This document shows, one piece after another, positions 50,104 through 61,150 of a DNA stretch of 64,000 nt; positions within the stretch are counted from its first letter, which is position 1, and each line of letters starts with the position of its first letter. Origin of the DNA: a virus; the IMG/VR virus record IMGVR_UViG_3300046657_000006, positions 1-64,000 of that record; one strand, 5' to 3'. The notes under the pieces were generated by a model that saw only the letters and a list, made by a program, of their open reading frames with translations, was not told where the DNA came from and ran no database searches. Position numbers and translations under genes: made by a program.

Positions 50104-51355
50104 GCCTTACATCTTCAGTAATAATTCGTTCCGCATATATTCGCATTGGCGCGTGGCAGGGAGATAGCGCCGAAATCAACGCACAGTACAATGCTGACTC
50201 TAACTTTGAGCAGATAGTATCTGAAGCGTTTCCTGCTCAATCTATGTGGGACATGCTTACCGGAGTAGAGAATGAAATTGCGACTGCGGTAGCAATGAAC
50301 CAAGACAACACGCTGCGAGATAACATCTTCGACATTGCAACAGTTACCAGCGGTGGCCGTATCCCTTCAGTTGGTGACAGCTCATCTTCTGCCAAAATCA
50401 TTGGAGTATGGGGACAAGTAAGACAGGCAAGCACAGGGATCGAGTTAACGCCCGGACTCCATGAAGATGAAATCAGAGCGATAGTGAATGGGCCGACAGG
50501 GCTGTTCAAGTCAACGCTTTATTCTTACGCATTGAGACCGCCAAGAATTTACAGCACCGTCAGCGACCTTCAAATTGATGTTTGTGTGTTTAATTACGCA
50601 GCGCGAGCGGCAGCAATTGCGGCTAACGGAGCGTTGCTATTCCAGATGTGTCAGGACGCTTATTTCTACGGTTTAATGTCGAATCTTTCCAATGAAGATG
50701 CAAATTACACGGCGCTGGCGAGTCAATACAAACCGATGTATCAAGAGTGGCTGGCAAGCCAGCAACCCCCTAGAGACGTGGTAGCAGAAGCGGCTGCATA
50801 ATTATGGCACAAACGTACAGCATGGTTAGGGAGCAATGCGTGGAGGGAGTTATTCGTAACTCCACGAATCCACCTCCGCTTGACAGAATCAGAGCAATCT
50901 TTGATGCGTCTTTCTTCGCTATAAATTCTCAGACCTCTGAAGCGTTCGCGGCACGGAACGACAAGCGCGAACTCTTGCGTGTTGTAGAGACTCTTACCTT
51001 TACGGCAGGAAGCGCGAGCGTTCCGACTGATACATTAAAGAAGTTTATAGCCGATGCTACGTTGACAGTTGGAACAACAATCTACGGATTTAGAAAATAT
51101 AATGATTACATCCGTGGTCACGATCCGAGACTTGGAGCATGGACGCAGATCGGAGAATCGCTTTTAGCTAATAAACCGCAAAACGCAGGAGTGTTGACAG
51201 GTAGCGCGAACTTCTCTTCGATACAATCTCCCGCTGTTCCAGCTACGGAAAGTGCAGACTTCGACGCGCCGGAGGATTATTATCCAGACTTTATAGCCGC
51301 CATGACTGGCTATATTTTAGGGCAGACTATGGACGTGGCTGCGGAAACCGCATGA
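50100..51355 (+). CDS. Two putative adaptor/virion proteins (50100-50801, 50804-51355)
   Basis: Position upstream of the tail-nozzle-like gene. Confidence 0.55.
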
Positions 51356-51356
51356 A

Positions 51357-53420
51357 ATGGAAACTCTCTTATTTCCCCCAAATACCTACTGCCCCACAAG
51401 CCAGCGTAGCGGCGTTAGCGGCAATACTCTGCTCAGGATGTCCAATAAGATATTGGCGGGCATTGCACCTGATGTCTACCTAGAAGCGTACAAAGGCTCA
51501 CTCAATCTTGACGAAGTAATTCCCACCCTTGATTTAACCGGAACCCTTACTGCTGGAGTTGACGATCTGGAGATTGTTGGCTCAGGAACTCAGTTCACCA
51601 CGGAACTTCGCAGCGGCCAGATGTTTTGGGCTGAAGACGATATGTTTATGGTGAACACCATCATAGACGACACTCACCTTACGGTTTACCGTGAGCCAAC
51701 CACCGCTTTGGTTGCTGCAACGGGTGAACGAATGCCCGTGTTATTTGAAATTGCCCGTCAGCGTGGAACGTTGATACAAGGCAACGCTTATCAGTTGGAC
51801 ATGGGTTCAATTCTCGGCACGGGAACGGGCACGCTTAGAATCAACGGAGACGTTCTACAAGGCGAGTCGATGGTCTTTACTGGAGGGCCATTGATTGCGA
51901 TCTTTGACCCTACCACGGGAGACTATGCGGTTTATGATGTGGGGTTCGACACCCCTACGGTTGCGCCTACTCTGACAGGTGTATCGGGCGGAACAAAAGG
52001 AATGGTTGCGGGCGAGTATTCCATTCGTCTCGTACCGTCAAGCACCATCACTGCGGGATACAGCAATCCCGGCCCGCGAGCTAACGTGACCTTGGTGAAC
52101 GCAAACGATCGCATTCAGGTAGACGTTAACGCTGTCGCAATGGACACGGCGGCAGGGCAAGACCAGTGGGATGTTTATGCGACCCAGTTAGGAACCAATG
52201 TCAATCAAGGCCCGTGGAACTTTGTGCGCAGCGTTCCGGCATCGGAAATAGTTGCGGGAATTTTCTTCATTGAATATCTGAATGCTGAGATATCTCGACA
52301 GGGTGAATTGGACTTCGATGCCGATCCGCCCCCTACTAAAGCGGGATTTTTAGCAATGCTGCAAGGTAATCCTCAGTGGGTCAGTTGTTTTGGGAAATGG
52401 AGCGGAAGCCCCGGCCCGTCATTAGTTCCCGCGAAGCCTCAAGACATAGAAGCCGCTCCCGCAATCTGGAACGTTACATCGTCACCTCCTGAAGACATTA
52501 TCGGGGTTGTTAGTTCGCTTGCTCGCTTATATTTCCTCTGCCCTCAGACGTTGCAGCAGGGCATTTATGCTCCCTCCGGCGATCCGCTTATCCCGCCAAC
52601 CCAAATTAGGCCATATTGGTCAATGGGGTTCAGCAATCCTTATCAATTGATGTTTGCGCTGGGTGTTTTGATTGGTTACGCACAGGGAAATCCGGCACGA
52701 TCCATCGCGGACGCGGAGACGGTGGACGCGCAGTTTCTTGGGGGAAACGTTGCAGAGGTCATTCAGGATTGGGTTGACGCGCATGTGATGGTAGCGCGTG
52801 ACCCCGACCCACTTGTGAACGCTGCATGTTTTTTCCATTCTGCTAGTGCTCAGAATGCGGCAGGGTTTTGGACGACAGAAGTATTACTCTGGGGGTTTTC
52901 TCAGCAGGATTGGATAGGCTCGGTTCTACTAACAAGTGACGAACAGGATATGGTGGTAAGTGGAGTTGCTACCGTAGATAATGAGTTGTACTTCCTAGCC
53001 GGAGGGCGCGTGGGTGCAGATATTCAGTTTGACACTTTCAAGTGGAATGCCCGTGCTGGCGTTCCGGTGGACTACTACGAGGTGTGGGAATTACAGGCTG
53101 GCGGAATTTTAGACCATAACAAGTCAGTTAAAGCCGTGCGAACTTCTGGCAAGTTTACCAATGGGCAGTTGCAAGTTTACGGATTTGATAGTGCAACTCC
53201 CGAAGATTTGGCTAATCTTGAAGCGGGAACTAACGCTCAAGTAGCAATCAACTTAGGGACAACCACAAACGTAGAAAACACCCCCCGCGTTAGAATCAAC
53301 GTGCCCAATATGTTTACGTTCACTTGTCGAATCAGCGGAACCTACAACGGGACAGACGAGCAAGTTGATCGCACTAATGGAGCGGTGCTTGACTATATCG
53401 AGAGCGGGGTTCGCAGATGA
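51357..53420 (+). CDS. Putative tail nozzle / DNA-stabilization protein
   Basis: 687 aa, beta-rich and acidic; IVGSGTQFTTELRSG insertion; C-terminal NKSVKAVR...GVRR pattern. Confidence 0.55.
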   Translation: METLLFPPNTYCPTSQRSGVSGNTLLRMSNKILAGIAPDVYLEAYKGSLNLDEVIPTLDLTGTLTAGVDDLEIVGSGTQFTTELRSGQMFWAEDDMFMVNTIIDDTHLTVYREPTTALVAATGERMPVLFEIARQRGTLIQGNAYQLDMGSILGTGTGTLRINGDVLQGESMVFTGGPLIAIFDPTTGDYAVYDVGFDTPTVAPTLTGVSGGTKGMVAGEYSIRLVPSSTITAGYSNPGPRANVTLVNANDRIQVDVNAVAMDTAAGQDQWDVYATQLGTNVNQGPWNFVRSVPASEIVAGIFFIEYLNAEISRQGELDFDADPPPTKAGFLAMLQGNPQWVSCFGKWSGSPGPSLVPAKPQDIEAAPAIWNVTSSPPEDIIGVVSSLARLYFLCPQTLQQGIYAPSGDPLIPPTQIRPYWSMGFSNPYQLMFALGVLIGYAQGNPARSIADAETVDAQFLGGNVAEVIQDWVDAHVMVARDPDPLVNAACFFHSASAQNAAGFWTTEVLLWGFSQQDWIGSVLLTSDEQDMVVSGVATVDNELYFLAGGRVGADIQFDTFKWNARAGVPVDYYEVWELQAGGILDHNKSVKAVRTSGKFTNGQLQVYGFDSATPEDLANLEAGTNAQVAINLGTTTNVENTPRVRINVPNMFTFTCRISGTYNGTDEQVDRTNGAVLDYIESGVRR

Positions 53421-53938
53421 GTGAAATCGGAAGCGGGTTAGATAGCCCTGCGATTGAGCAAGACCCAAGTATCGCGCAATTGCAAGCTCAACAATCTACC
53501 GCAGGGTTTATCTCCAGCTTTCTTCCGGACACCGGATTCGTAGAAAGTCTTAACGCTCTTTCAGGGTTAGTTACCATCCAAGCAGGGACAAGTAGCCCCA
53601 ACTACGCAATCGTAGTCAGTTCTGACGGTGTAAGCACTATTTCTATCGGGGTTCGCTACACAGCCAGTATTATTGAAACGTCAGCCCCGATTACAACATC
53701 AGACGCGAACGACACCATCTTGGTAGACACTAACGCGGGGCCAGTAACGATCACCTTACATTCTCCATTGACGGCCTTCGTTAAGACTTACACGTTTGTT
53801 AATATCGGATCGGGAACTATGACGATTGACGGTGGGGGTGCAAGTATCAGTGGGGCAGCGACACAATCGACAGCAGTTCAGTGGACGGCCTTCACTCTTC
53901 AGCCTTACGCTTTGGGAGTTTACTGGGTGATTGTATGA
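53417..53938 (+). CDS. Tail fibre/spike-associated protein
   Basis: VESLNALSGLVTI and DTILVDT...VTITL...TID motifs. Confidence 0.6.
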   Translation: MSEIGSGLDSPAIEQDPSIAQLQAQQSTAGFISSFLPDTGFVESLNALSGLVTIQAGTSSPNYAIVVSSDGVSTISIGVRYTASIIETSAPITTSDANDTILVDTNAGPVTITLHSPLTAFVKTYTFVNIGSGTMTIDGGGASISGAATQSTAVQWTAFTLQPYALGVYWVIV

Positions 53939-54696
53939 GTTATTTTCCACCTTCATCATTAACTCAAAGTGGATCGTATAACGACCTCCTGAACAAGCCG
54001 TCACTAGGAACGGCCTCAACCCAGAATACGAATCAGTTCGCGACTGCCGCTCAGGGCACAGAAGCGCATACAGCACTACAGCCGTCAGACATAGGTACAA
54101 CGGCAGGCAAGATACCTACCGTTCCCGTGCCGATGGCGTCAATGTCGTCTCCAGTAAAGGCCACGATTGATGAAATCACGTCTATGGGTGGCGCGACATG
54201 GATTACCACGCTGGGGCGAAAGAGCGCATTAACTAACTCTATTACAGTGACCAACTCCGAAAAGTCCGTGGTGAACTTGGCTGTTCCCGCCAACAGTTTA
54301 CGCGTTGGAGCGGTTTTTCACTTCCGCGCCTTTGGCAACTTCTCAATGCTGTTGAACCTCACCTCGACCTCGAAGGCGCAGATGCGGATTGGATCGGTAA
54401 GCCTGTTGGGCGCACTAGCGGCAGTAGTTACGGTAAATAACGCGAAAGGGCTATCCGGTTCAGCGCCATTTATGATTGAAGGCGACTGCACAGTGAAATC
54501 AATCGGCTCGGTGGGTCAGTTATCGGGTAGACTGTGTATGTGGGGCGCGATTATTGCTCCGTTCAACGATGATATTAGTGTTCCATTGGCCGCGACGATC
54601 AACACGACTATTAACAATGTTTTGGAACTGACCTACCTCACTACTAACGCGGCGGCGAGCGCGGTCTTTGATGTAGCTTTTGTCGAGGGAGGGTGA
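53935..54696 (+). CDS. Tail fibre-like protein
   Basis: SGSYNDLLNKPSLG and FATAAQG..A.TALQ fibre motifs. Confidence 0.65.
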   Translation: MSYFPPSSLTQSGSYNDLLNKPSLGTASTQNTNQFATAAQGTEAHTALQPSDIGTTAGKIPTVPVPMASMSSPVKATIDEITSMGGATWITTLGRKSALTNSITVTNSEKSVVNLAVPANSLRVGAVFHFRAFGNFSMLLNLTSTSKAQMRIGSVSLLGALAAVVTVNNAKGLSGSAPFMIEGDCTVKSIGSVGQLSGRLCMWGAIIAPFNDDISVPLAATINTTINNVLELTYLTTNAAASAVFDVAFVEGG

Positions 54697-54697
54697 T

Positions 54698-54991
54698 ATG
54701 GCGATTGATACCGCGATTAAACGCGCCAACATGATCGGTGAAATGATGGTGGCGGTTGACAAGCTCATGGAAGCGATTGGTGCGGCAGCGGCATTGCAAA
54801 CCGAGATCGACTCAAACGCGGCTGACCTCGTATTCGTGGATGCTGACTTTGACGTAGACGGTCTAAGACATCTGGACGCAGCAGCTTTCACGGCAATTCT
54901 TGAGGAGTTGGACTTTACCGATCCATCGAAACTGGTAGGCTGGATTTATGCTAACGGCAAGCACGCAATCTTGAATAAGATTCGTCCTTAG
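54698..54991 (+). CDS. Hypothetical protein
   Basis: GGAGG RBS before the ATG at 54698. Confidence 0.6.
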   Translation: MAIDTAIKRANMIGEMMVAVDKLMEAIGAAAALQTEIDSNAADLVFVDADFDVDGLRHLDAAAFTAILEELDFTDPSKLVGWIYANGKHAILNKIRP

Positions 54992-55072
54992 CATGATAGA
55001 ATAAAGAAGGCTGACCCGACGTGATCGAGCCAGCCCGACCCACAAAACCAAGACTACAAGGCGTCTCGGATC

Positions 55073-58000
55073 ATGGATAGTCAAGATATTACCACGTCAC
55101 GCTTCAGCATTGTTATACCCACGTTCAGCAACGTTGAGGGGCTCCGACTCCTGCTCGCCAGTATTGTCGAATACACCAACCTCCAAGACGTTGAAATAAT
55201 TTGCGTGGCAAATGGCGCAAACGAAGAGACCCGAACTATCTGCCATGAATTTCCGGTTCTGCTGACGTGGCTAGATGAACCATGCGGGTACGCGGCAGCT
55301 ACGAACCTAGGCGTCAAGCGAGCTTCCGGCGAGTACGTTTTACTCTTGAATGACGATACTCAGGTTCTTGACAGTCCCAAGAACCAGTGGCTTGAAACGC
55401 TCTGTACTCCCTTCTCCGATCCTAAAGTAGCCCTGACAGGGATTCACGAAATCTACAGCCACGAAATCCGGCACAACTTTCCGCCGTTTTATTGTGTGAT
55501 GATCCGGCGAGAGATGTTTGAGGTAATTGGCTATCTTGACGAATCTTTTATTTCATTTGCCGAAGATTGCGATTTTGTGGCGCGACTGATTCGAGCAGGA
55601 TACAAGTACGTGAATGTAGATGCTGACGCCGCGTACAAGGGACATCAAATGGTCGGGACTTTCCCTCTCTACCATGTTGGTTCAGTCACCGTGCATCAGA
55701 ACCGTGAAGCCTATGAACAACAGGTGCAGAGGAATCTAACAATCTTGCGGGAGCGATATAAGAAACTTCGATTGTTAGTGGCAATCCCCAACTACGGAAC
55801 CGATAACATTGAGTACCTACAGCAAGTCGTAAACGAGTTGTGCTCATTCAAAGAATACGAAGTCAGCATAGTTATTCACAGCAGCGTACCGATGGTATTT
55901 GGGCATGAGCAAGTTACCGTTCAGTACCATGAAGCACCGCCCGATGGAGACTGGATAAACCTTGCATGGGAATGCCGCAAGACGATTTATGAAAACCGCG
56001 ATGCGTATGACCTGTTCCTTTACAATGAGAACGATCAACTTGTTACGGAGAGAAATATAGACGCCTTCCTGCGAGTGAGTGAAGTGCTACCCGAAGATAA
56101 AATTGCGGGATTCATTCGCTATGAAGACCACGAAGGCCAGAGATTCTACCCTGACTTTCACCGCAAATTTGTGTGGGATTCCAGTTCCGTGTTTCATGTT
56201 GGTGAATACGCTTTCGCTCACTTCACGAACCTGCATCAGGGGAGCTTTCTTGTTACTCGTAAACAGCTAGATCGAGCAATTGAGATAGCGGGTGAGAACG
56301 CCTTCTACAACATGCGCGGGAGAGTATGGAGCAGCCCTTACGATAGTCTAGCCAGAGTCTCCACTGACTTGTACGACACGGGTTTTGAGAAAGTAATTCC
56401 CGTTTCTCACTTTGATGACTTTCTCATTCACCATCTACCTGACAAGTATTACGGAGTCTACGACACGAAATGCGATGATGTAGTTATGCCGATTATCAAC
56501 TCAATGGTGAAGCGACCAAAGTACTCGATAGTCGTTCCCACTTTTCGACATTTATCCGATTGTCTCATTCCGTGCTGCGAGACGTTAAAGAAATACACCG
56601 ACCTCTCAAACATGGAATGCGTAATTGTCGCCAATGGGTGCGGAGACGACGGCACGCGAGAATATGTCGAATCTCTTGGCGAACCATTCCGCCTTATCTG
56701 GTTTGACGATGCCCAAGGCTTCACTCGTGCTACAAATGCTGGCATCCGTGAAGCGCGAGGGCAATATCTCGTGATGCTCAACAATGACGTTTATTTTACC
56801 GATCAGACCGTGAATGGCTGGCTGGATAAACTTCAATCTCTTTGGGACAAGGCAGAGAACCCTGCGGTAGTAGGAGCGTTGGTCGAGGACGTGTTTATCG
56901 GCAAGAAGTTTGTAGCGTTCTATCTCGCCATGACTTCACGAAAGGTTCTCGATAAAGTTGGACTCCTTGACGAGTCAGTATTTTCCTCTGGCGGCGAAGA
57001 TGTGGATTGGTGTATTCGCGCACAGAATCTTGGCTATGAAATCATCGGCAATCAGACAGTCTACGATGAGCACGGTGAGAAGCGATTTGCGATTGATTTT
57101 CCTATTCACCACTTAGGCGAGCAGACGGTTTTAGAGAACCCAAACTTCATGGAAGACTGGCAGAAGTCGAATGCTATTCTCACTGAGCGATACGGAACTC
57201 GCTATAGCATCGTCATTCCTACTTTTAATCACGTTGACGATCTACTGAGGCCGTGCATTGAAAGCATCATTGAACACACTGATTTATCACGGGTTGAATG
57301 CTTGATAGTTGCGAACGGTTGTACCGATCAAACGCGAGAGTTTGTTGAGTCTCTGGGTCATCCATTTAAACTTATTTGGGTTGATGAAAAGATCGGATTT
57401 ACCAAGGCTACGAATTTAGGGATGAAGGCCGCTGAGGGTAAGTACATAATCTTCCTTAATAACGACACGATCCTTAAAGGTGAGTGGATTCCAATTCTTG
57501 AGCAAGCGTTTATTGATCGTCCCGACTGTGGCGCTTCTGGGCCTCTCAAGTTTATTGGTGAAGAGGGTACGTCGAATGATTTTCTGATGTTCTTCTGCTG
57601 CATGATTTCGCGTGAGGCGATAGACAGGTGCGGCTACCTTGATGAAAGATTTGCTCCGGCTGGGGTCGAAGATGTTGATTACGGAATTCGCTTGCAACTT
57701 GCTGGCTACAAGCTCATTCAAGTGCCTGAAGGGGAAGCAATAGATCGTCGCACTGACCTCTCTAGTGGTTCATTTCCAATCGTCCACATGGGCAACGCTT
57801 CCTACGGTAAAGAAGAAGGCTGGCACGACATCCTGAAGCGGAACAATGAACTCTTAAAACAGAAGTTTCCCGAATACTTCAGTGGCATGAAGTGGCTAGA
57901 GACGGGAACGAACTGGTTTGAACTTCACAGGAAAATGAAAGAGATAGACCAACAAGTCTATTATGAGCTGTTTGAAGTCGATGTCTACAGCGTCCTGAAA

Positions 58001-61000
58001 GAAGAAGTCGCAGGCAAAACAATCATCGACATTGGGGGTAACAAGGGATACTTCTCAATCAAGTGCATAGAGTTGGGCGCAAAAGAATCTCATTGTTTTG
58101 AGCCTGTAAAATCTATCTACGAAGAATGTTTGGAGATGACGAAGGGCTTTCCGCAGATTCACAGCCACAACCTTGCAGTGCTAGACGGAAGCGTAGACAG
58201 CGTGACAATGCACGAGGATAGTTGGTGTTCGCATATTTGGGGAGAAGAAGGAACGACCACGCCTTGCGTCTCGTTGGAGAACGCTGTAAACGCTGCATAC
58301 GACGGGCACGACTTGGTGCTGAAGCTCGACTGCGAAGGTTCCGAGTATGAGATTCTACTTAACACCCCAAAAGAAGTGTTACGCAAATTTTCCACTATCT
58401 ACCTTGAAATCCATGAACTGCCTAACCCTCGGTATCGGGCACAAGGAAAGATGCTCTTAAGGCGCATCGAGTCGCTGGGATTTAAGGCGATAGTTGGCCC
58501 ACAGCCGGGAACGTGGTTTGACGATGGAAAGACGTTTATTCCTTCCCCAATTACCATGTACAAATGCCTCCGTCAGCCAGTAGTCAATGTAATTATTTCT
58601 ACCTATCAACGCCCTCGACTATTGAGAGAGGCGCTGGATTCGGTCTTAGCGCAGACTTACCGGAACATCAACGTGCTTGTGGTGGCGGACGGTAAGGATG
58701 AGCAAGTCGAGCAGATTGTCAGCAAGTATCAGGGACACGATATTTCATTTAAGTATTACGACATCCCGCACGATGGAAATATCGGCAGCAGGGCAAAGAT
58801 TCACGGCATAGAACAAGTTAAAGAAGGCTATGTATGTTTTCTTGATGACGACAATGTTCTACTGCCTGAGTACGCGGAAACGATGGTGAGCCTAATTACC
58901 CCTGAGAAGCAAGTAGGTATTGTTCAGGTTCTCAAGCATCGCACATTCCCTAACGGAGAGAAGGCGATCAAAACGATCCCGCCTGATGGAAGGTTCCCTG
59001 AATGGGAAAACATCGACACGCTAAACTTCCTAGTTGAGCATTCGATTGCAAAGAAGTGTAAAGAATCATGGATGCAGCAGGACGGGATGGTCAATCAAGA
59101 TTTCAAGTTCATTACTGAGTGCCTGAAGCATACGGGATATGGATTTGAGCCCAAGATTCTCGCTCACCATCGAGAAGTCAAAGAGGACGACGCGCCTAAA
59201 TCGAAAGTGTGGGATGTATTTCCGTTCTTCCAAGAATTTGACGTGTTGGAACTTCGTTTGAATGAGCTTGATTCCGTCGTGGATAAGTTTGTGATCGTGG
59301 AAGCGAACATGACGCACGCGGGGAATCCAAAGCCCTACTATCTAAGCGAGAACATGGAAAGGTTCGCCAAGTGGAAAGATAAGATCATTATTAAACAAGT
59401 TGACCTGACGACTCTTAATTTCTCGCTATTCGACTACGATCCCACTTGGGTAAGAGAGCACTATCAACGTGACGCGGCCAGAGAGGTTCTCTATGCTTAT
59501 TGTGCCCCGCAGGACTTCATTATCGTCGGGGACGTGGACGAGATTCCCCGCGCCTCAAAGGTCAAAGAGTACATAGAAAGCAATCCTGACAAAGCGGGCG
59601 TGTTGGTACAAAGTCGGAGCATGTACTACTTGAACTACAGGTGCGTGAAGACTGATGAGCCGCAGTTAAACTCCAAGATTCTGCCTTACTTGATGATGGG
59701 TTCGTGTTCGCTAAACGATATTCGGTTTGCTGACAAAGAAAACTTATTGCCGACCATGCGGATAGAAGGCGCTGGATGGCACCTAACATTTTTGGGTGGT
59801 CTGGATGCGGTTACACAGAAAGTAAGAGCGTGGGCGCATCAGGAGATTGGCGAGGGACTAAGCGATGAAAACATTGTTGCACGGGTAGACGCAGGCCAAG
59901 ATATTTACGACTCAGCAAACTCTGAGTGGGAGCTTGTCGAAATAGACGAAACATTTCCTAAGTACGTGCAGGAACATCAAAAATCGTTAATACATGATGG
60001 GCTTATCAAGCCCGTCATCGCCACTACGATAATTCCGTTCAAAAAACCTCGCTCACCGATTGGTATTTTGAAGCCTACCGTGACCGCTTGCGTGAGCACT
60101 AAAGACAGATATTTTTCCACGCTGCCAATGTGCATTGCGGCGATTGCAAATCAAACTCGCAAGCCTGAGAAGTTGGTAATCTATGACGATGGTGAGCAGT
60201 TGGACTTACGCGAGCATGAGCCTTACGAGGCCATTTTTCGCATGTTGGAAGAACAAGGAATCAAGTGGGAAGTGGTCGCGACTCCGCGTAAAGGGCAAGT
60301 GACTAATCATCAACATTGCTTAGACATGGCAGATACTACGTTCGTCTGGAGAGTTGACGATGATTTAATTCCGTGTCCTGACAACCTTGAACGACTGCTC
60401 AATACTATCCGCGATTACAGTCCCTCTCGTGATTTCAGTGAACACTCGATTGGCGCGGTAGCAGGGCTGATTCATCACCCGCATAATGTAAGACCGTTGC
60501 CGGATTCAGTGACGGGGAAGCTCGCGGACGTGTCGCTAGGCTTAAATATGCAGTGGTTCGCTTTTTCCGGTTCTCCGCGAGTTGTGGAGCATTTATACAG
60601 TTCGTTTCTGTACAGAGTTTCAGCGGCCAGAGAAGCGGGTGGGTATCCAATTAACTTATCTGTTTGCGGGCATCGTGAGGAGAGCATATTTTCGCATCAG
60701 ATACATCGTGCGGGCTACGTGCTGCTAATACAACCGGACGCCAAGTCCTATCACCTTCAAGCCGCGACCGGAGGCATCCGCGCTCACTCTGCACATCCTG
60801 AATATTGGGAGCATGATGAAGCTGTATTCCAAGAATACTTGAGAGTATGGGGAGTTGACTTGCGCGAGATGAAGTTAATTGCATTGGATTGCGGAATTGG
60901 CGACACGTTCGCATTCAAATCGATACTCCCCGAAATATATAAAACTTACCCCGATAAAAACCTTGTGCTCGCGGTGTGTTATGAAGAAGTGTTCAAGGAT

Positions 61001-61150
61001 ATTATTGGACTTCAGATGGTTTCCATAGCAGACGCAAAACTGTTGCTCGGCTCTCGTTTTGAAGACCATTCTGTATACAAATGGATGGCTGAAAAGGGGT
61101 GGGCTGGCTCACTAACTGATGCTATGATGATGTGTTATGGAACAGCTTAA
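55073..61150 (+). CDS. Giant multidomain glycosyltransferase: GT2-like x5, extra GT-A-like domain, FkbM-type methyltransferase, GT17-like domain, GT9 N-terminal half
   Basis: SIV(I/V)PTF...LN(N/D)D three times, VIISTY...FLDDD, VSTKDR...VDDD; IDIGGNKG...FEP...KLDCEGSEYEIL; LELRLNELDSVVDKFVIVEA...GDVDEIP...GWHL; LDCGIGD. Confidence 0.9.
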   Translation: MDSQDITTSRFSIVIPTFSNVEGLRLLLASIVEYTNLQDVEIICVANGANEETRTICHEFPVLLTWLDEPCGYAAATNLGVKRASGEYVLLLNDDTQVLDSPKNQWLETLCTPFSDPKVALTGIHEIYSHEIRHNFPPFYCVMIRREMFEVIGYLDESFISFAEDCDFVARLIRAGYKYVNVDADAAYKGHQMVGTFPLYHVGSVTVHQNREAYEQQVQRNLTILRERYKKLRLLVAIPNYGTDNIEYLQQVVNELCSFKEYEVSIVIHSSVPMVFGHEQVTVQYHEAPPDGDWINLAWECRKTIYENRDAYDLFLYNENDQLVTERNIDAFLRVSEVLPEDKIAGFIRYEDHEGQRFYPDFHRKFVWDSSSVFHVGEYAFAHFTNLHQGSFLVTRKQLDRAIEIAGENAFYNMRGRVWSSPYDSLARVSTDLYDTGFEKVIPVSHFDDFLIHHLPDKYYGVYDTKCDDVVMPIINSMVKRPKYSIVVPTFRHLSDCLIPCCETLKKYTDLSNMECVIVANGCGDDGTREYVESLGEPFRLIWFDDAQGFTRATNAGIREARGQYLVMLNNDVYFTDQTVNGWLDKLQSLWDKAENPAVVGALVEDVFIGKKFVAFYLAMTSRKVLDKVGLLDESVFSSGGEDVDWCIRAQNLGYEIIGNQTVYDEHGEKRFAIDFPIHHLGEQTVLENPNFMEDWQKSNAILTERYGTRYSIVIPTFNHVDDLLRPCIESIIEHTDLSRVECLIVANGCTDQTREFVESLGHPFKLIWVDEKIGFTKATNLGMKAAEGKYIIFLNNDTILKGEWIPILEQAFIDRPDCGASGPLKFIGEEGTSNDFLMFFCCMISREAIDRCGYLDERFAPAGVEDVDYGIRLQLAGYKLIQVPEGEAIDRRTDLSSGSFPIVHMGNASYGKEEGWHDILKRNNELLKQKFPEYFSGMKWLETGTNWFELHRKMKEIDQQVYYELFEVDVYSVLKEEVAGKTIIDIGGNKGYFSIKCIELGAKESHCFEPVKSIYEECLEMTKGFPQIHSHNLAVLDGSVDSVTMHEDSWCSHIWGEEGTTTPCVSLENAVNAAYDGHDLVLKLDCEGSEYEILLNTPKEVLRKFSTIYLEIHELPNPRYRAQGKMLLRRIESLGFKAIVGPQPGTWFDDGKTFIPSPITMYKCLRQPVVNVIISTYQRPRLLREALDSVLAQTYRNINVLVVADGKDEQVEQIVSKYQGHDISFKYYDIPHDGNIGSRAKIHGIEQVKEGYVCFLDDDNVLLPEYAETMVSLITPEKQVGIVQVLKHRTFPNGEKAIKTIPPDGRFPEWENIDTLNFLVEHSIAKKCKESWMQQDGMVNQDFKFITECLKHTGYGFEPKILAHHREVKEDDAPKSKVWDVFPFFQEFDVLELRLNELDSVVDKFVIVEANMTHAGNPKPYYLSENMERFAKWKDKIIIKQVDLTTLNFSLFDYDPTWVREHYQRDAAREVLYAYCAPQDFIIVGDVDEIPRASKVKEYIESNPDKAGVLVQSRSMYYLNYRCVKTDEPQLNSKILPYLMMGSCSLNDIRFADKENLLPTMRIEGAGWHLTFLGGLDAVTQKVRAWAHQEIGEGLSDENIVARVDAGQDIYDSANSEWELVEIDETFPKYVQEHQKSLIHDGLIKPVIATTIIPFKKPRSPIGILKPTVTACVSTKDRYFSTLPMCIAAIANQTRKPEKLVIYDDGEQLDLREHEPYEAIFRMLEEQGIKWEVVATPRKGQVTNHQHCLDMADTTFVWRVDDDLIPCPDNLERLLNTIRDYSPSRDFSEHSIGAVAGLIHHPHNVRPLPDSVTGKLADVSLGLNMQWFAFSGSPRVVEHLYSSFLYRVSAAREAGGYPINLSVCGHREESIFSHQIHRAGYVLLIQPDAKSYHLQAATGGIRAHSAHPEYWEHDEAVFQEYLRVWGVDLREMKLIALDCGIGDTFAFKSILPEIYKTYPDKNLVLAVCYEEVFKDIIGLQMVSIADAKLLLGSRFEDHSVYKWMAEKGWAGSLTDAMMMCYGTA

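Noticed and set aside
43668-61150. Numerous antisense ORFs of 60-150 aa in the ORF track
   Set aside because: They are shadows of long + strand genes, with no RBS or recognisable motifs.
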